A stretch of DNA of 64,000 bases from the NCBI GenBank assembly GCA_049647505.1, contig JBARXU010000013.1, positions 92,091 to 156,090 on the forward strand. Reading direction: 5' to 3'. The translations under genes were made by a program, and so were the position numbers. Below, piece by piece: positions 10,001-19,174 of the stretch. The notes under the pieces were generated by a model, which worked only from the letters and a program-made list of their open reading frames with translations, was not told the DNA's origin and did no database searches. The DNA is from Mesorhizobium sp. (GTDB taxonomy: Bacteria > Pseudomonadota > Alphaproteobacteria > Rhizobiales > Rhizobiaceae). Positions within the stretch are counted from its first letter, which is position 1, and every line of letters starts with the position of its first letter.

Positions 10001-10146
10001 CCACCGTCTCGACGCTCTTCATGACGCCGGTCGCCTACCTGCTCCTTGGCCGCTTCGTTACGCCGAAGGTCGAGGAGGCCGAACGCCTGCGCCGCGAACT
10101 CGTTCAGGCCGAAGAGCTGGAAGCCAGGCTGACGCCCGCCGAATAA
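7006..10146 (+). CDS. efflux RND transporter permease (AcrB/HAE1-like)
   Basis: 1046 aa. N-terminus FIRRPVLAFVLNVLIIVAGL, conserved VVDDAIVVLENI and LVGIMAKNGILIVEFAN motifs, and a 12-TM architecture. Confidence 0.9.
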   Translation: MSGAPQHNPESGVTALFIRRPVLAFVLNVLIIVAGLAAFLAVEVRELPDVDRPVVTITADFTGASAETIDRELTSILEGAVARVSGVKSISSSSSYGRSRVTVEFNDGVNLDVAASDMRDAISRVQNNLPDDADVPRIVKADANADAVMRLAVTSGSMTIQDLSVLVEDQIVDGLSAVPGVADVQVFGDRAKIFRVDINQSRLSSLGLTVADVRNALASISFDAPAGSLTSNSQDLVVRATASVTTPEQFENLAIGPNANMIKLRDVATVTLGADIGQSALRANGKTGVGLGIIRQAQSNTLQISQGVRTAIDNLNQSLPEGVEIRITGDDAIFVDGAIHEVEIALGISVSLVLLVIYMFLRDWRATLIPGMSLPVALVGTIAAVYLVGFSLNILTLLALVLATGLVVDDAIVVLENIVRRRNEGMGPRAAAVLGAEEVFFAVIATTATLVAVFVPLSFLPGQTGGLFREFGFVLAIAVILSAIVALSLCPMLASRMLRPHSHEEDNGILGRIGGRLSDLYRRVLRACLNAPLVVVLISIMFGAAAWAVSTGIKSELTPQEDRSQMFLRINAPQGVSIDYLSQRIGDIERLLQPLRDSGEITNTFGIAGSQGQSNSGFLVLTLAPWSERERTQQQIVTQIEGMLTQVPGVRAFTNQPNSLGIRGAGSGLQFALAGNSYADLGAAAQKIIAEMEKDPRFLQPRLSTDTTQPQLSVDIDRERASDIGIDITGLAEAMQAMLDGREVGSVFIEDRSFDVKLVSTTNPINDPTDLENIYLKTRDGRFVPMSTIATLSERAVAPSLQREQQLRAVAITAGLRSDFALGEAYAEAQEMARPHMPTGSRIIPLAETATLGETTGSMMMTFGFAIVIILLVLAAQFESFVSAVIIMATVPLGLACAIFAMILTGTSLNVYSQIGLVLLVGIMAKNGILIVEFANQLRDRGQGVREAIENAANIRLRPVMMTMICTILGGLPLILASGAGAEARISLGWIIVGGLGLATVSTLFMTPVAYLLLGRFVTPKVEEAERLRRELVQAEELEARLTPAE

Positions 10147-10152
10147 CATCCG

Positions 10153-10260
10153 CCTAGAGCATTTCCAGCAAAAGTGTGAAGCGGTTTTGCGTCCGGAAAT
10201 GCGGCCAAAACAAAGAGATAGAGCGGTTCTGCCGATTCTGTGAAAACCAGAACCGCTCTA
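10153..10260. repeat. RIME-like intergenic repeat, copy 1 (~108 bp, two large palindromes)
   Basis: CTAGAGCATTTCCAGCAAAAGTGTGAAGCGGTTTTGCGTCCGGAAATGC...AGAGCGGTTCTG-N16-CAGAACCGCTCT. It is the reverse complement of 25191-25296, with 3 substitutions plus a terminal 2-nt indel. It fills the gap between convergent genes. Confidence 0.75.
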
Positions 10261-10323
10261 AAGCAGAACAAACAAAAAGGCCGCGCAGTTACCTGCGCGG
10301 CCCGATCTTTTCAGCAGTCCGTA

Positions 10324-11505
10324 TTACTTGGCAGCAGGCGGAACCACGCGGCCCACTTCGACCCATTTGCCGCCCTTGATCTGCGAGATCACCACAGGAT
10401 CTGCGCCCTGATGGTCCCCGGGACCATACTTGACGTCGACGCCGTTGATCTTGTCTTCGTAAGCCAGCGATTCCATGCCTGTCTGGAAGCTCTCCGGCGT
10501 CAGGTCTTTGCCGGCTGCCTCCAACCCCTTGATGAGAGCGCTGGCAGCGCCGTAGCCGAGCTGTGCAGCCGAACCGGCAGGCTTGCCGAACCGCGCCTGG
10601 AAGGCTTCCGCCCAGGCCTTCAGTTCCGGCACCTTCGGGATGTTGTCTTCCAGATCGACCCAGCCCGCCGCTGCATAGTAGCCTTCGGTAATGCCTTCCG
10701 GCACCTTGGCGACCGCAGTGTTGAAGCCTGCCGACGAGCCGATGAAGGCGACATCGTTCCAGCCGAGCTTCTTGGCCGTGCCGAGGATCGTGATCGTCTG
10801 GCGCACGGAAACGGCCGTGGCGACGATGTTGCAACCGGCTTCGCGCAGCTTGGTCAGCGAACCCACGAAGTCCTGATCGTCCGCCTTGTGCTGCGTTTCG
10901 GCGGCATAGTTCAGGCCGAGTTCCTTGGCTTCGTCGCGCGCGCCTTCAAACACTTCCAGGCCGAAATCGGTCGGGAAATACATGGCGCAGATGTTCTTTG
11001 CGCCCGTCTCCTTGGCCAGGAACGACACGCCTGTTTTCAGCCCGTCATAATAGGACGAGGTGCCGGTGTATTTGTAGGTGATGTCGCCTTCGATCATCTG
11101 GCGCGCTGCGGTCAGCGGCGACACGTTTGCGATCTTCTTCGGTTCCATCAGCTGGAAGCCGGCGATGTTGTGCGGCGTGCCGAGGTTCAGGATCATCGCG
11201 AACACCTTGTCGGAGTTCACGAGCTTGTTGAAGTTCTGCTGCGCCTTGGGCACCTGATAGCCGTGGTCCTCCACCACGAACTTGATCTTGCGCCCGTGAA
11301 TGCCGCCGGCATTGTTGACCTCGTCGAACAGCATTTGCGCGGCCTCGATCGCCTGCACGTTGAATGCGGCGAACGGTCCCGACAGATCGCCGTTCGAGCC
11401 GATCACGATTTCCGTGTCGGACACCCCCTGCTGCGACAGTGCCGTGCCCGACATGCCGGCCAGCAGGCCGGCGCCGAGAATGGCGCTTGCGAAGATTTTC
11501 TTCAT
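10324..11505 (-). CDS. ABC transporter substrate-binding protein (LivK/Peripla_BP_6 family)
   Basis: 393 aa with signal peptide MKKIFASAILGAGLLAGMSGTALSQ and a branched-chain-amino-acid-type binding-protein body. It is last in the minus-strand transporter operon. Confidence 0.85.
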   Translation of the reverse strand: MKKIFASAILGAGLLAGMSGTALSQQGVSDTEIVIGSNGDLSGPFAAFNVQAIEAAQMLFDEVNNAGGIHGRKIKFVVEDHGYQVPKAQQNFNKLVNSDKVFAMILNLGTPHNIAGFQLMEPKKIANVSPLTAARQMIEGDITYKYTGTSSYYDGLKTGVSFLAKETGAKNICAMYFPTDFGLEVFEGARDEAKELGLNYAAETQHKADDQDFVGSLTKLREAGCNIVATAVSVRQTITILGTAKKLGWNDVAFIGSSAGFNTAVAKVPEGITEGYYAAAGWVDLEDNIPKVPELKAWAEAFQARFGKPAGSAAQLGYGAASALIKGLEAAGKDLTPESFQTGMESLAYEDKINGVDVKYGPGDHQGADPVVISQIKGGKWVEVGRVVPPAAK

Positions 11506-11546
11506 GTCATTCCTCCATTGTTATTATCGTCGTCCAGTAAGGCCGT

Positions 11547-13436
11547 TCAGCCATACATCTCGTCGAGCAGCTTCTTGTGCTTCGTCTCCACGAAGCTGCG
11601 CTTCAATTTCATCGTCGCCGTCAATTCATCATCTTCGGCGGTCAACAGCACGTCGATCAAGCGGAAATCCTTGATCTGTTCGACGCGGGCAAATTCGCGG
11701 TTGGTCTCCTCCACCACACCCGCGATCAGCTCGCGAACCTCCTTTGCGGCGCAGAGCGAACGGAAGTCCGAGAACGGCACACGCTTGTCCTGCGCGAATT
11801 TCTCGACATTCTCCTGGTCGATCATCACCAGCGCGGTCAGGTATTTGCGCTTGTCGCCGATCACCACCGCGTCGGAAATATAGGGCGAGAATTTCAGCCG
11901 GTTCTCGATTTCGGCAGGCGTGATGTTCTTGCCGCCTGCGGTGATGATGATGTCCTTGGCGCGGCCGGTGATGGTCAGATAGCCCTCATTGTCGATTCGT
12001 CCGACATCGCCCGTATGCAGCCAGCCGTCCTCGGTCACAGTTTCGGCCGTCTTTTCCGGCTTGTTCCAGTAACCCTTGAAGACGTTTGCGCCGCGATAGA
12101 GAATTTCCCCGTCAGGCGCGATCCTGACCTCGCCGCCCGGCACGACCTTGCCGATCGAACCAGTCTTATTGTCGTGGACCGAATTGACGGAAATCACGCC
12201 GGAGCTTTCGGTCATTCCATAGCCTTCGAGCACGGTCACGCCGATTGCCTGATACCAGCGCAGCAGATCGGGCGAGATGGGTGCTGCACCGGTCGTCCCG
12301 CGCCGCAGCCGATCCAGCCCGATCATGCGCCGCAGGTTGCCGAGCACGGCAAAATCCCAGAAGGCGAATGCAAGCCGCGTGGCGAGCGGCACCGGCTTGC
12401 CTTCCTCGATATAATGCGCGCGCTTCATGCCGGTCTTGACCGCAAGCGCGTAGCACATGCGGCCGAGCGGCGTTGCCTCGCCCGACATGATCGAGATGCG
12501 CGAATAGACCTTTTCCCAGACGCGCGGCACGGCGGTGAAGACGTGCGGGCTGACCTCGCGCACATTGTCGAACACCGTTTCCGGGCTTTCGGCGAAGTTC
12601 ACCGTCGAACCGTAGCCGACCGGAATGAACACGGTGATCAGGCGTTCGAGGATGTGGCAGAGCGGCAGGAAACACACCTGCTCGTCGGTCTCGAACACCG
12701 GCAATGTAGTCGCGGCACCCGCAATCGACACGATGATGTTCTGATGGCTGATCATCGCGCCCTTGGGCGGGCCGGTCGTGCCCGACGTATAGACAAGGAT
12801 CGCCGTTTCCTGCGGCGTCGAACGGGCGATCTCCTCCTCGAACCGGTTCGGATGCTGCTTCAGGAATTCGCGGCCGAGCCGGTAGAGATCGTCGAGAAAT
12901 ATGACCTTGTCATCGGCAAAGCCGTGCAGGCCGTCGCGATCGAACACGATGACATAGGACAGGCCCGCCATGTCGTCGCGCACTGACAGGAACTTGTCGA
13001 GCTGCTCATCATTCTCGAGGAAGAGGAAGCGGCTGTCGGAATCATTGACCAGATATTTGAGCTGCGAGGCGGAGTCGGTCGTGTAGACGCCCGAGACGAT
13101 ACCGCCGACAGCCTGCGTGCCCATGTCGACATAGAGCCATTCCTTGTTGTCTTCCGACAGGACGGAAACGACTTCGCCGCGCTTGAGGCCGAGCGACAGA
13201 AGGCCAAGCCCGATCAGCCGCGAATTCTCGTAATATTCGCGCCAGGTGTAGGACAGCCAGATGCCGTAATCCTTCTCGCGATGCGCCACCCGTGTCGACC
13301 AGCGTTCGCAGGACTGGCGAAACACCTTCGGCACCGTGTCGCAGCCGTCGAAATAGAACGGTCCCTTGGACATGTCGGCATTGAAGCTGTGACCTGCGAC
13401 GGTCTGCTGCTGCGGAATTTTTTCGACGACGGTCAT
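11547..13436 (-). CDS. AMP-dependent long-chain acyl-CoA synthetase (FAA1/COG1022-like)
   Basis: AMP-binding signature YTSGTTGPPKGAMISH, then GYGMTES and TGDVGRIDNEGYLTITGRAKD. I trimmed the start to ATG at 13436 (MTVVEK...); the track start at 13616 overlaps the upstream ATPase gene. Confidence 0.85.
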   Translation of the reverse strand: MTVVEKIPQQQTVAGHSFNADMSKGPFYFDGCDTVPKVFRQSCERWSTRVAHREKDYGIWLSYTWREYYENSRLIGLGLLSLGLKRGEVVSVLSEDNKEWLYVDMGTQAVGGIVSGVYTTDSASQLKYLVNDSDSRFLFLENDEQLDKFLSVRDDMAGLSYVIVFDRDGLHGFADDKVIFLDDLYRLGREFLKQHPNRFEEEIARSTPQETAILVYTSGTTGPPKGAMISHQNIIVSIAGAATTLPVFETDEQVCFLPLCHILERLITVFIPVGYGSTVNFAESPETVFDNVREVSPHVFTAVPRVWEKVYSRISIMSGEATPLGRMCYALAVKTGMKRAHYIEEGKPVPLATRLAFAFWDFAVLGNLRRMIGLDRLRRGTTGAAPISPDLLRWYQAIGVTVLEGYGMTESSGVISVNSVHDNKTGSIGKVVPGGEVRIAPDGEILYRGANVFKGYWNKPEKTAETVTEDGWLHTGDVGRIDNEGYLTITGRAKDIIITAGGKNITPAEIENRLKFSPYISDAVVIGDKRKYLTALVMIDQENVEKFAQDKRVPFSDFRSLCAAKEVRELIAGVVEETNREFARVEQIKDFRLIDVLLTAEDDELTATMKLKRSFVETKHKKLLDEMYG

Positions 13437-13491
13437 GCGGGTCTCCTCCCGGCCTGCCTGTTCAGCGCCCTCTCTGTCGGCGCCCAATCGG

Positions 13492-14298
13492 TTAGCGCCA
13501 TGTCTTTTTCTGCTTCCAGCGTTTCTGGCCGCGCTGGGTCTCGCCCTGCACGCCGAGATAAAACTCCTGCACGTCCTTCGACTGGAGCAGCGCTTTTGAA
13601 TCGTCGGCCATGACAAGACGGCCCAGTTCCATCACATAACCATAGTCGGCCACTTCCAGCGCCACCTTGGCGTTCTGCTCGACCAGCATCATGGTCACGC
13701 CCTGCTCGCGGTTGAGGCGGCGGATGATCGTGAAGATCTCCTTGACCAGAAGCGGCGACAGACCAAGCGAGGGCTCGTCGAGCAGCATCAGCTTTGGCCG
13801 CGCCATCAGCCCGCGCCCGATCGCCAGCATCTGCTGCTGGCCACCCGAAAGCGTGCCCGCCGCCTGGCGCCGTCGCTCCGCGAGAATGGGGAAATAGCCA
13901 TAGACCATCTCCTCGTCCGCCTTGACGCCGGCAGAATCCGAACGAGTGTAGGAACCCATCTTCAGATTGTCTTCGACCGTCAGCAGAGGAAACACCTCGC
14001 GGCCCTCCGGCACATGCACGATGCCTGCGCGCACGACAGCATCCGGCTCGCCGCCTGCAATATTGCCGCCGCCATAGATGATCTCGCCCTTTTCGGGGTT
14101 CATCACGCCCGAGATGGTCTTGAGCAGCGTCGTCTTGCCAGCGCCATTTGCGCCAAGAACCGTGACGATCTGGCCTTGCCTGACCTCCAGCGAAACGCCC
14201 CTGATGGCCATGATCGGCCCATAGAAACTTTCGAGGTTCTTCACGCTCAGCACGACAGGCGCGCTCGTCGTGGCGGGATTGATCGCTTGCTTGAGCAT
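13492..14298 (-). CDS. ABC transporter ATP-binding protein (LivF-like) with basic C-terminal tail
   Basis: Walker A GANGAGKTT, signature LSGGQQQML and Walker B LMLLDEPS. The start is trimmed to ATG at 14298 (MLKQAINP...), abutting the livG-like stop. It ends with ...YLGVQGETQRGQKRWKQKKTWR. Confidence 0.85.
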   Translation of the reverse strand: MLKQAINPATTSAPVVLSVKNLESFYGPIMAIRGVSLEVRQGQIVTVLGANGAGKTTLLKTISGVMNPEKGEIIYGGGNIAGGEPDAVVRAGIVHVPEGREVFPLLTVEDNLKMGSYTRSDSAGVKADEEMVYGYFPILAERRRQAAGTLSGGQQQMLAIGRGLMARPKLMLLDEPSLGLSPLLVKEIFTIIRRLNREQGVTMMLVEQNAKVALEVADYGYVMELGRLVMADDSKALLQSKDVQEFYLGVQGETQRGQKRWKQKKTWR

Positions 14299-15086
14299 CA
14301 CGCCTCCGCCTTCTCTGGCGCATCGGACACGCCGATATAAGCCTCGATCACGCGCGGATGGTTCTGCACCTGATGCGACGTGCCGATCGCCAGCATCTTG
14401 CCGTCGGCCAGCGCCATCACGCGGTCGGACACCGCCGAGACCAGATGCATGTCGTGCTCGACCATCAAAACGGTGATGCCCATCTGGGTCTTGATGTCCT
14501 CGACCCAGAAGGCGACGTCCTGCGTCTCCTCGACCGACAGACCTGACGCCGGCTCGTCGAGCAGCAGAAGCCGTGGTTCGATGGCGAGCGCACGCCCCAT
14601 CTCGACTACCTTGCGCACGCCGTAGGGAAGACCGGCGATATATTTGTCGCGATAGGCCTGCAGATCGAGGAAGTCGATGACCTTCTCCACCGCCTCGCGA
14701 TGCCTGCGCTCCTCGCGCCGGACGAACGGCGTGAACAGGAGTTCGTTCCACACCCGGCTCTGGCGATGCCTGTGGCGGCCGACCAGCAGGTTCTGCAGCA
14801 CGGTCGCCTGATCGAACAATTCGATGTTCTGGAAGGTGCGCGCAATGCCAAGCCGGGCGATCTCATGCGCCGGCTTCTTCAGGATGCTTTCCCCCGCAAA
14901 GCGGATGTCGCCCGCGACAGGATCGTAAAAGCGCGAGATCAGGTTGAACAGCGTCGACTTTCCCGCGCCGTTCGGGCCGACCAGTGCAAAGACCTCGCCC
15001 TCATTGACGTCGAACGACACGTCGTTGACTGCGGTCACGCCGCCGAATTTCAGCGTGACATTGCGAACTTCAAGCAAAGCGCTCAT
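14298..15086 (-). CDS. ABC transporter ATP-binding protein (LivG-like)
   Basis: Walker [25 protein letters not shown] and Walker [11 protein letters not shown]. The start is trimmed to ATG at 15086 ([10 protein letters not shown]...), an ATGA overlap with the livM-like stop. Confidence 0.85.
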   Translation of the reverse strand: MSALLEVRNVTLKFGGVTAVNDVSFDVNEGEVFALVGPNGAGKSTLFNLISRFYDPVAGDIRFAGESILKKPAHEIARLGIARTFQNIELFDQATVLQNLLVGRHRHRQSRVWNELLFTPFVRREERRHREAVEKVIDFLDLQAYRDKYIAGLPYGVRKVVEMGRALAIEPRLLLLDEPASGLSVEETQDVAFWVEDIKTQMGITVLMVEHDMHLVSAVSDRVMALADGKMLAIGTSHQVQNHPRVIEAYIGVSDAPEKAEA

Positions 15087-16180
15087 CGCATCCGCTCCGT
15101 CTTGAGGTAGCTCTTCTGCCGCCGGAACATGTCCCTGCGATAGAAGGGGAACAACTCGAAATACGTCCTGATCTTCAGCCAACGCCCATAGAGGCCGCGC
15201 GGCTCGAACAGGATGAAGGAGATGAGGATCGCCGCAAACACCGCCGTCTCAAGGCCGGGCATGGTTGCGGAGGTTGCGCCGAAAAAGCCGCCGATCCAGT
15301 CGCGCACGATCGAGATCGCCTGCGGCAGGAAGGTGACGACGATCGCGCCGAGGAACGCGCCATGGATCGAGCCTAATCCGCCGATGACGATCATCAACAG
15401 AAGTTGGATCGACATGATGAGATTGAAGGTCTCATTGTTGAAGATGCCGGTGAAATGGCCGATCAGCGCGCCGGCAAGCCCGGTGATGGCGGTCGAGATG
15501 CCGAATGAGACGGCCTTGGTGCGGGCGATGTTGACGCCCATGGCGCGCGCCGAAATCTCGGAATCGCGGACCGCCGCAAACGACCGCCCAAGCGGCGAGC
15601 GCAGCAGGTTGCGATAGGCAATGACGGTCAGCACCACGACGACCAGAACGAGGAAATAGAACCGGTCCGGATTGCCGTAGCGATCGACCGAGATGCCGAG
15701 GATATCGATTGTCGGCGCATAAAGCCCGCGCACGCCGGCCGTCAGCGGTTCGAGGATGATGATCAGATCGTCCGCCAGGATCGAGATCGCCAGCGTCGCG
15801 ATGCCGAGATAGATGCCGTGCAGCTTGGTTGTCGGTATGGCGATCAGCACGCCCGCAAGACCAGCGATCAGTCCGGCGAGCGGGAACGACAGGATGAACG
15901 GCAGCCCCGCATTTTGAAGCAGCACATTGGCATAGCAGCCGACAGCCATGAAGGCCGCGTGGCCGAGGGACGCCTGACCCGTCTGCCCGACCAGAACCAT
16001 CAGCCCCAGTCCCGCGAGCGCCCAGATCAGAAGGTTGGTCATTTCGCCGATGGCGAAGTCGCCGATGACGAATGGCAGAACGACCATCGCCGCCAGCAGC
16101 AGCAGATACCAGAACGCCTGCTTGCCATCCTCGAAGAGGTTGATGTCGGTGTCGTAGCTCGTCTTGAACAGTGTCCGCAT
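15083..16180 (-). CDS. branched-chain-amino-acid-type ABC permease (LivM-like)
   Basis: Polytopic membrane protein with a [16 protein letters not shown] motif. Start chosen at ATG 16180 ([10 protein letters not shown]...), 4 nt after the livH-like stop. Confidence 0.8.
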   Translation of the reverse strand: MRTLFKTSYDTDINLFEDGKQAFWYLLLLAAMVVLPFVIGDFAIGEMTNLLIWALAGLGLMVLVGQTGQASLGHAAFMAVGCYANVLLQNAGLPFILSFPLAGLIAGLAGVLIAIPTTKLHGIYLGIATLAISILADDLIIILEPLTAGVRGLYAPTIDILGISVDRYGNPDRFYFLVLVVVVLTVIAYRNLLRSPLGRSFAAVRDSEISARAMGVNIARTKAVSFGISTAITGLAGALIGHFTGIFNNETFNLIMSIQLLLMIVIGGLGSIHGAFLGAIVVTFLPQAISIVRDWIGGFFGATSATMPGLETAVFAAILISFILFEPRGLYGRWLKIRTYFELFPFYRRDMFRRQKSYLKTERMR

Positions 16181-16184
16181 GGCC

Positions 16185-17060
16185 CTACACCTTCTTCGAG
16201 TGCACTTGGGCAAGGATGCCGTGCGGTCGGAAAACAAGGATCAGGAACAGCAGCAGATAGGGCAGCACGCGCGCATATTCCGGCGTGATGTAGCGCGAGG
16301 CGAACGGTTCGATCAGGCCGATGATAAGCCCGCCCAGAAGCGCGCCCGGCAGCGAGCCGAACCCGCCGATGACCGAGGCTGCAAACGCCTTGATGCCGAG
16401 CAGGCCGGTCGACGGATCGATCGATCCCTTCGAGGCGAACAAGATGCCGGCAACGGCCGCGACCGCGCCAGCCAGCGCCCAGATCAGCGAGTTTATGCGC
16501 TTGACCGGAATGCCCATGTAATAGGCGGCAAGCTGGTTCTGCGACGACGCCTGCATGGCGACGCCAAGCTTGGTCAGGTTGAAGTAGAAATAGAGCGCGC
16601 CTGTCAGGACGACCGTGGTCAGGATGATGACTAGTTCGTCCATACCGAGCACAAGCCCGCCGAAGCGCACATCCTTTCCGGCAAAGGGCGATTCCAGCGA
16701 AATCGGCTCATGGCCCCATATCCAGCCGGCGATGAAGCGCAGCACGAAGCCGAGTGCAATCGTTAGAATGACGACCGCGATCTGCGACTGCCCGAACATG
16801 CGGCGCAGGACGAACAGATCGAGCAGGTAGCCGAACACGCCCATGAAGGCGATTGCCAGCGGCACCGACATCCAGAATGGCAGGCCCATGAACTGCGCGT
16901 TGGTCAGGCCGAGCGTCACATATGCGCCCAGCATCATCATGTCGCCCTGGGCGAAATTGACCTGTTCTGTGGCCTTGTAGATGAGCACGAAGCCGAGCGC
17001 GATCAGGCCATATACACAGCCGTTCGCGAGGCCGCTCACAAAGAGCTGCAACACGTCCAA
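16185..17060 (-). CDS. branched-chain-amino-acid-type ABC permease (LivH-like)
   Basis: 291 aa. MDVLQLFVSGLANGCVYGLIALGFVLIYKATEQVNFAQGD is the typical LivH N-terminus. TTG start preceded by GGGAGGAG. Confidence 0.85.
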   Translation of the reverse strand: MDVLQLFVSGLANGCVYGLIALGFVLIYKATEQVNFAQGDMMMLGAYVTLGLTNAQFMGLPFWMSVPLAIAFMGVFGYLLDLFVLRRMFGQSQIAVVILTIALGFVLRFIAGWIWGHEPISLESPFAGKDVRFGGLVLGMDELVIILTTVVLTGALYFYFNLTKLGVAMQASSQNQLAAYYMGIPVKRINSLIWALAGAVAAVAGILFASKGSIDPSTGLLGIKAFAASVIGGFGSLPGALLGGLIIGLIEPFASRYITPEYARVLPYLLLFLILVFRPHGILAQVHSKKV

Positions 17061-17156
17061 AGACGTTCTCCTCCCATTTAGTCGCGGTCTGCGCCGCGTT
17101 TCCTCCGACTATAGACGGCCCGCCCTCCAGCACAAGCCGCATACGATCTCCTACTT

Positions 17157-18197
17157 CTAAGGTTTGACGAAGACCTTTCCGTTTGGCTTGGCGAGTTCCG
17201 CCGGCACCTGTTTCATTGCGTCTTCAAGCGAGACGACGGACGTCACATCCGTCGCCCAGCGACCGTCGGCGAAGCGCGTCTGCGCCTCGATGATCGCAGC
17301 GCGCTTTCGCGCCGTCTCGGTGTGGCGCATCCATTCGACCAGCCAGAAGCCTTCGATCTTCTTGTGCATGAAGATCAACTGACCGGGCTGGATGATCGGT
17401 GTCGTCGCCTCGTCGAGGCGTCCATAGACGATCCAGCGCGCATGCTTGGGCATGGCGTCGAAGATTTGCCCCGCCTGCGGCCCGGTCACGGCATCGAGCA
17501 GGATGCGAGGCTTCTCCGCCCGGCACACGGCTGCGAGATCGCGCGCGAAACTCTCCTTCTGCGAATTGAGCACGACCGCCGCACCCGCCTTTTCAAGCAG
17601 CGGAATCTGGTCGTCGCGGCGCACGATGCAGATCGGCCGATACCCTTCGTCTCGCGCGACATTGGCGATGAGCTTGCAAAGCTGGCTCGCCGCCGCCGTC
17701 ATGATGAAGGCCTTCTCGCCCTCCTGCCTGACGATGTCGAACATGGCCAGTGCAGTCAGCGGATTGACGATCATCGCAGCGCCGTTCACGTCGCTCACCG
17801 CGTCGATCAGCGGGATGCAGCCGGGCGCGTCGGCAATCGCATATTCGGCCCAGCTTCCCCAGTTCGACAGGCCGGTGGCAAATGCGATTCGCTTGCCCAC
17901 CAGCGCGTCGGCAATGTCGCCACCGCCGGAAGCCTCGACGATGCCCACACCCTCAAATCCCGCCGGCTGTCCCTTGTGGCGCGGCTGGCCATACATGCCC
18001 TTGATGAACATGACGTCGGACGGATTGATCGCCGCCAGAGACACCTTGATCAGCACCTGCCCGGCCTTCGGCGTCGGCACCTCGATGCGGCCCGGCACGA
18101 CATAAGGCTCCATCGCCTCCAGCACGGTGCCGGACGGTTTTTCGGCATAACCGTCGCCGGTCAGCAGAAGGGCGCGCATGTCTCTGGGCAGGGTCAT
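17157..18197 (-). CDS. MDR-superfamily zinc-type/quinone oxidoreductase (enoyl reductase-like)
   Basis: 346 aa. It has a GroES-like N-domain (VLIKVSLAAINPSDVMFIKGMYG) and a Rossmann domain. Its start overlaps the stop of the upstream paralogue by 1 nt. Confidence 0.75.
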   Translation of the reverse strand: MTLPRDMRALLLTGDGYAEKPSGTVLEAMEPYVVPGRIEVPTPKAGQVLIKVSLAAINPSDVMFIKGMYGQPRHKGQPAGFEGVGIVEASGGGDIADALVGKRIAFATGLSNWGSWAEYAIADAPGCIPLIDAVSDVNGAAMIVNPLTALAMFDIVRQEGEKAFIMTAAASQLCKLIANVARDEGYRPICIVRRDDQIPLLEKAGAAVVLNSQKESFARDLAAVCRAEKPRILLDAVTGPQAGQIFDAMPKHARWIVYGRLDEATTPIIQPGQLIFMHKKIEGFWLVEWMRHTETARKRAAIIEAQTRFADGRWATDVTSVVSLEDAMKQVPAELAKPNGKVFVKP

Positions 18198-19174
18198 CAG
18201 TCTGTCTCCGGCTTGAGAATGAGCTTGCCTACAGCGCCGCGATTAAGCACGCGGTTAAGCGCCGTCTTTGCGTCTGAAAGCGCATAGACGCCGTCGATCA
18301 CGGGCTTCACCTTGCCGGCCTGATACCAGCCGATCAGTTCCCACATATTGTCCGCATAGACTTGCGGCTCCTTCTGGGTGAACGCACCCCAGAACACGCC
18401 GACGACGCTGTAGCCCTTGACCAGCGTCAGGTTGACGGGAAGCTTCGGGATCGTGCCAGACGCAAAGCCGATGACCAGCAGACGCCCGTTCCAGCCCATG
18501 GATCGCGAGAGCGCATCGAACGCCTCGCCGCCGACCGGATCATAGGCGACATCGACGCCCTTGCCGTCCGTCAATTCCTTCAGGCGATCCTTGAGATTGT
18601 CGTAGCCGATGGTGACATCTGCGCCTGAATCGGCTGCGATCTTCCGCTTCTCCTCCGACGAGGCGACCGCGATCACGCGAGCGCCCATCGCCTTGCCGAT
18701 CTGCACCGCGGCAAGCCCCGTCAGCCCTGCGGCGCCGAGCACGCAAAGCGTCTCGCCGGCCTTCAACTGGCCGCGCTGCTTGAGCGCATGATGCGACGTG
18801 GAATAGCCGCAGATGAGCGCGCAGGCATCTTCATTTGAGATGCCCTCGGGGAGCTTCAGCGTCGTCACCTCATCGGCCGCCACCTTTTCGGCATAGGCGC
18901 CGACGGTCGTCAGCGACACGACGCGGTCGCCGACCTTCAGCCCCGCCACCTTGTCGCCGACTGCGGATACCAGGCCCGCCACTTCCATGCCCGGAACGAA
19001 CGGCACCGGCGGCTTCATCTGGTAAAGCCCCTGCACCAGCAGGCCGTCGGGGAAATTGACGCCGATCGATTCGACGTCGATCACCACCTGCCGGCCCTTC
19101 GCCGTCGGCTCCGGCCAGTCGGCATATTCGAGCGCGTCGACCGAACCGTAGTCGCGAACGACGATCGCTTTCAT
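18197..19174 (-). CDS. NADPH:quinone oxidoreductase family protein (zeta-crystallin-like MDR)
   Basis: 325 aa. [23 protein letters not shown]..., VIDVESIGVNFPDGLLVQGLYQ and GAAGLTGLAAVQIGKAMGARV (nucleotide-binding glycine motif). Confidence 0.8.
   Translation of the reverse strand: MKAIVVRDYGSVDALEYADWPEPTAKGRQVVIDVESIGVNFPDGLLVQGLYQMKPPVPFVPGMEVAGLVSAVGDKVAGLKVGDRVVSLTTVGAYAEKVAADEVTTLKLPEGISNEDACALICGYSTSHHALKQRGQLKAGETLCVLGAAGLTGLAAVQIGKAMGARVIAVASSEEKRKIAADSGADVTIGYDNLKDRLKELTDGKGVDVAYDPVGGEAFDALSRSMGWNGRLLVIGFASGTIPKLPVNLTLVKGYSVVGVFWGAFTQKEPQVYADNMWELIGWYQAGKVKPVIDGVYALSDAKTALNRVLNRGAVGKLILKPETD

Noticed and set aside
13492-14751. Track ORFs with long N-terminal extensions: 13492..14751, 11547..13616, 41947..42963, 42920..44269, 23226..24329, 62162..63157, 61024..62343, 36828..38177, 2070..3449, 25299..26015 and 32314..32637.
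   Set aside because: The extensions overlap the preceding gene in another frame and are Arg-rich nonsense. Internal starts give canonical N-termini (signal peptides, Walker-A-proximal starts, an ATGA-type coupling, or a good Shine-Dalgarno). The features use the trimmed coordinates.
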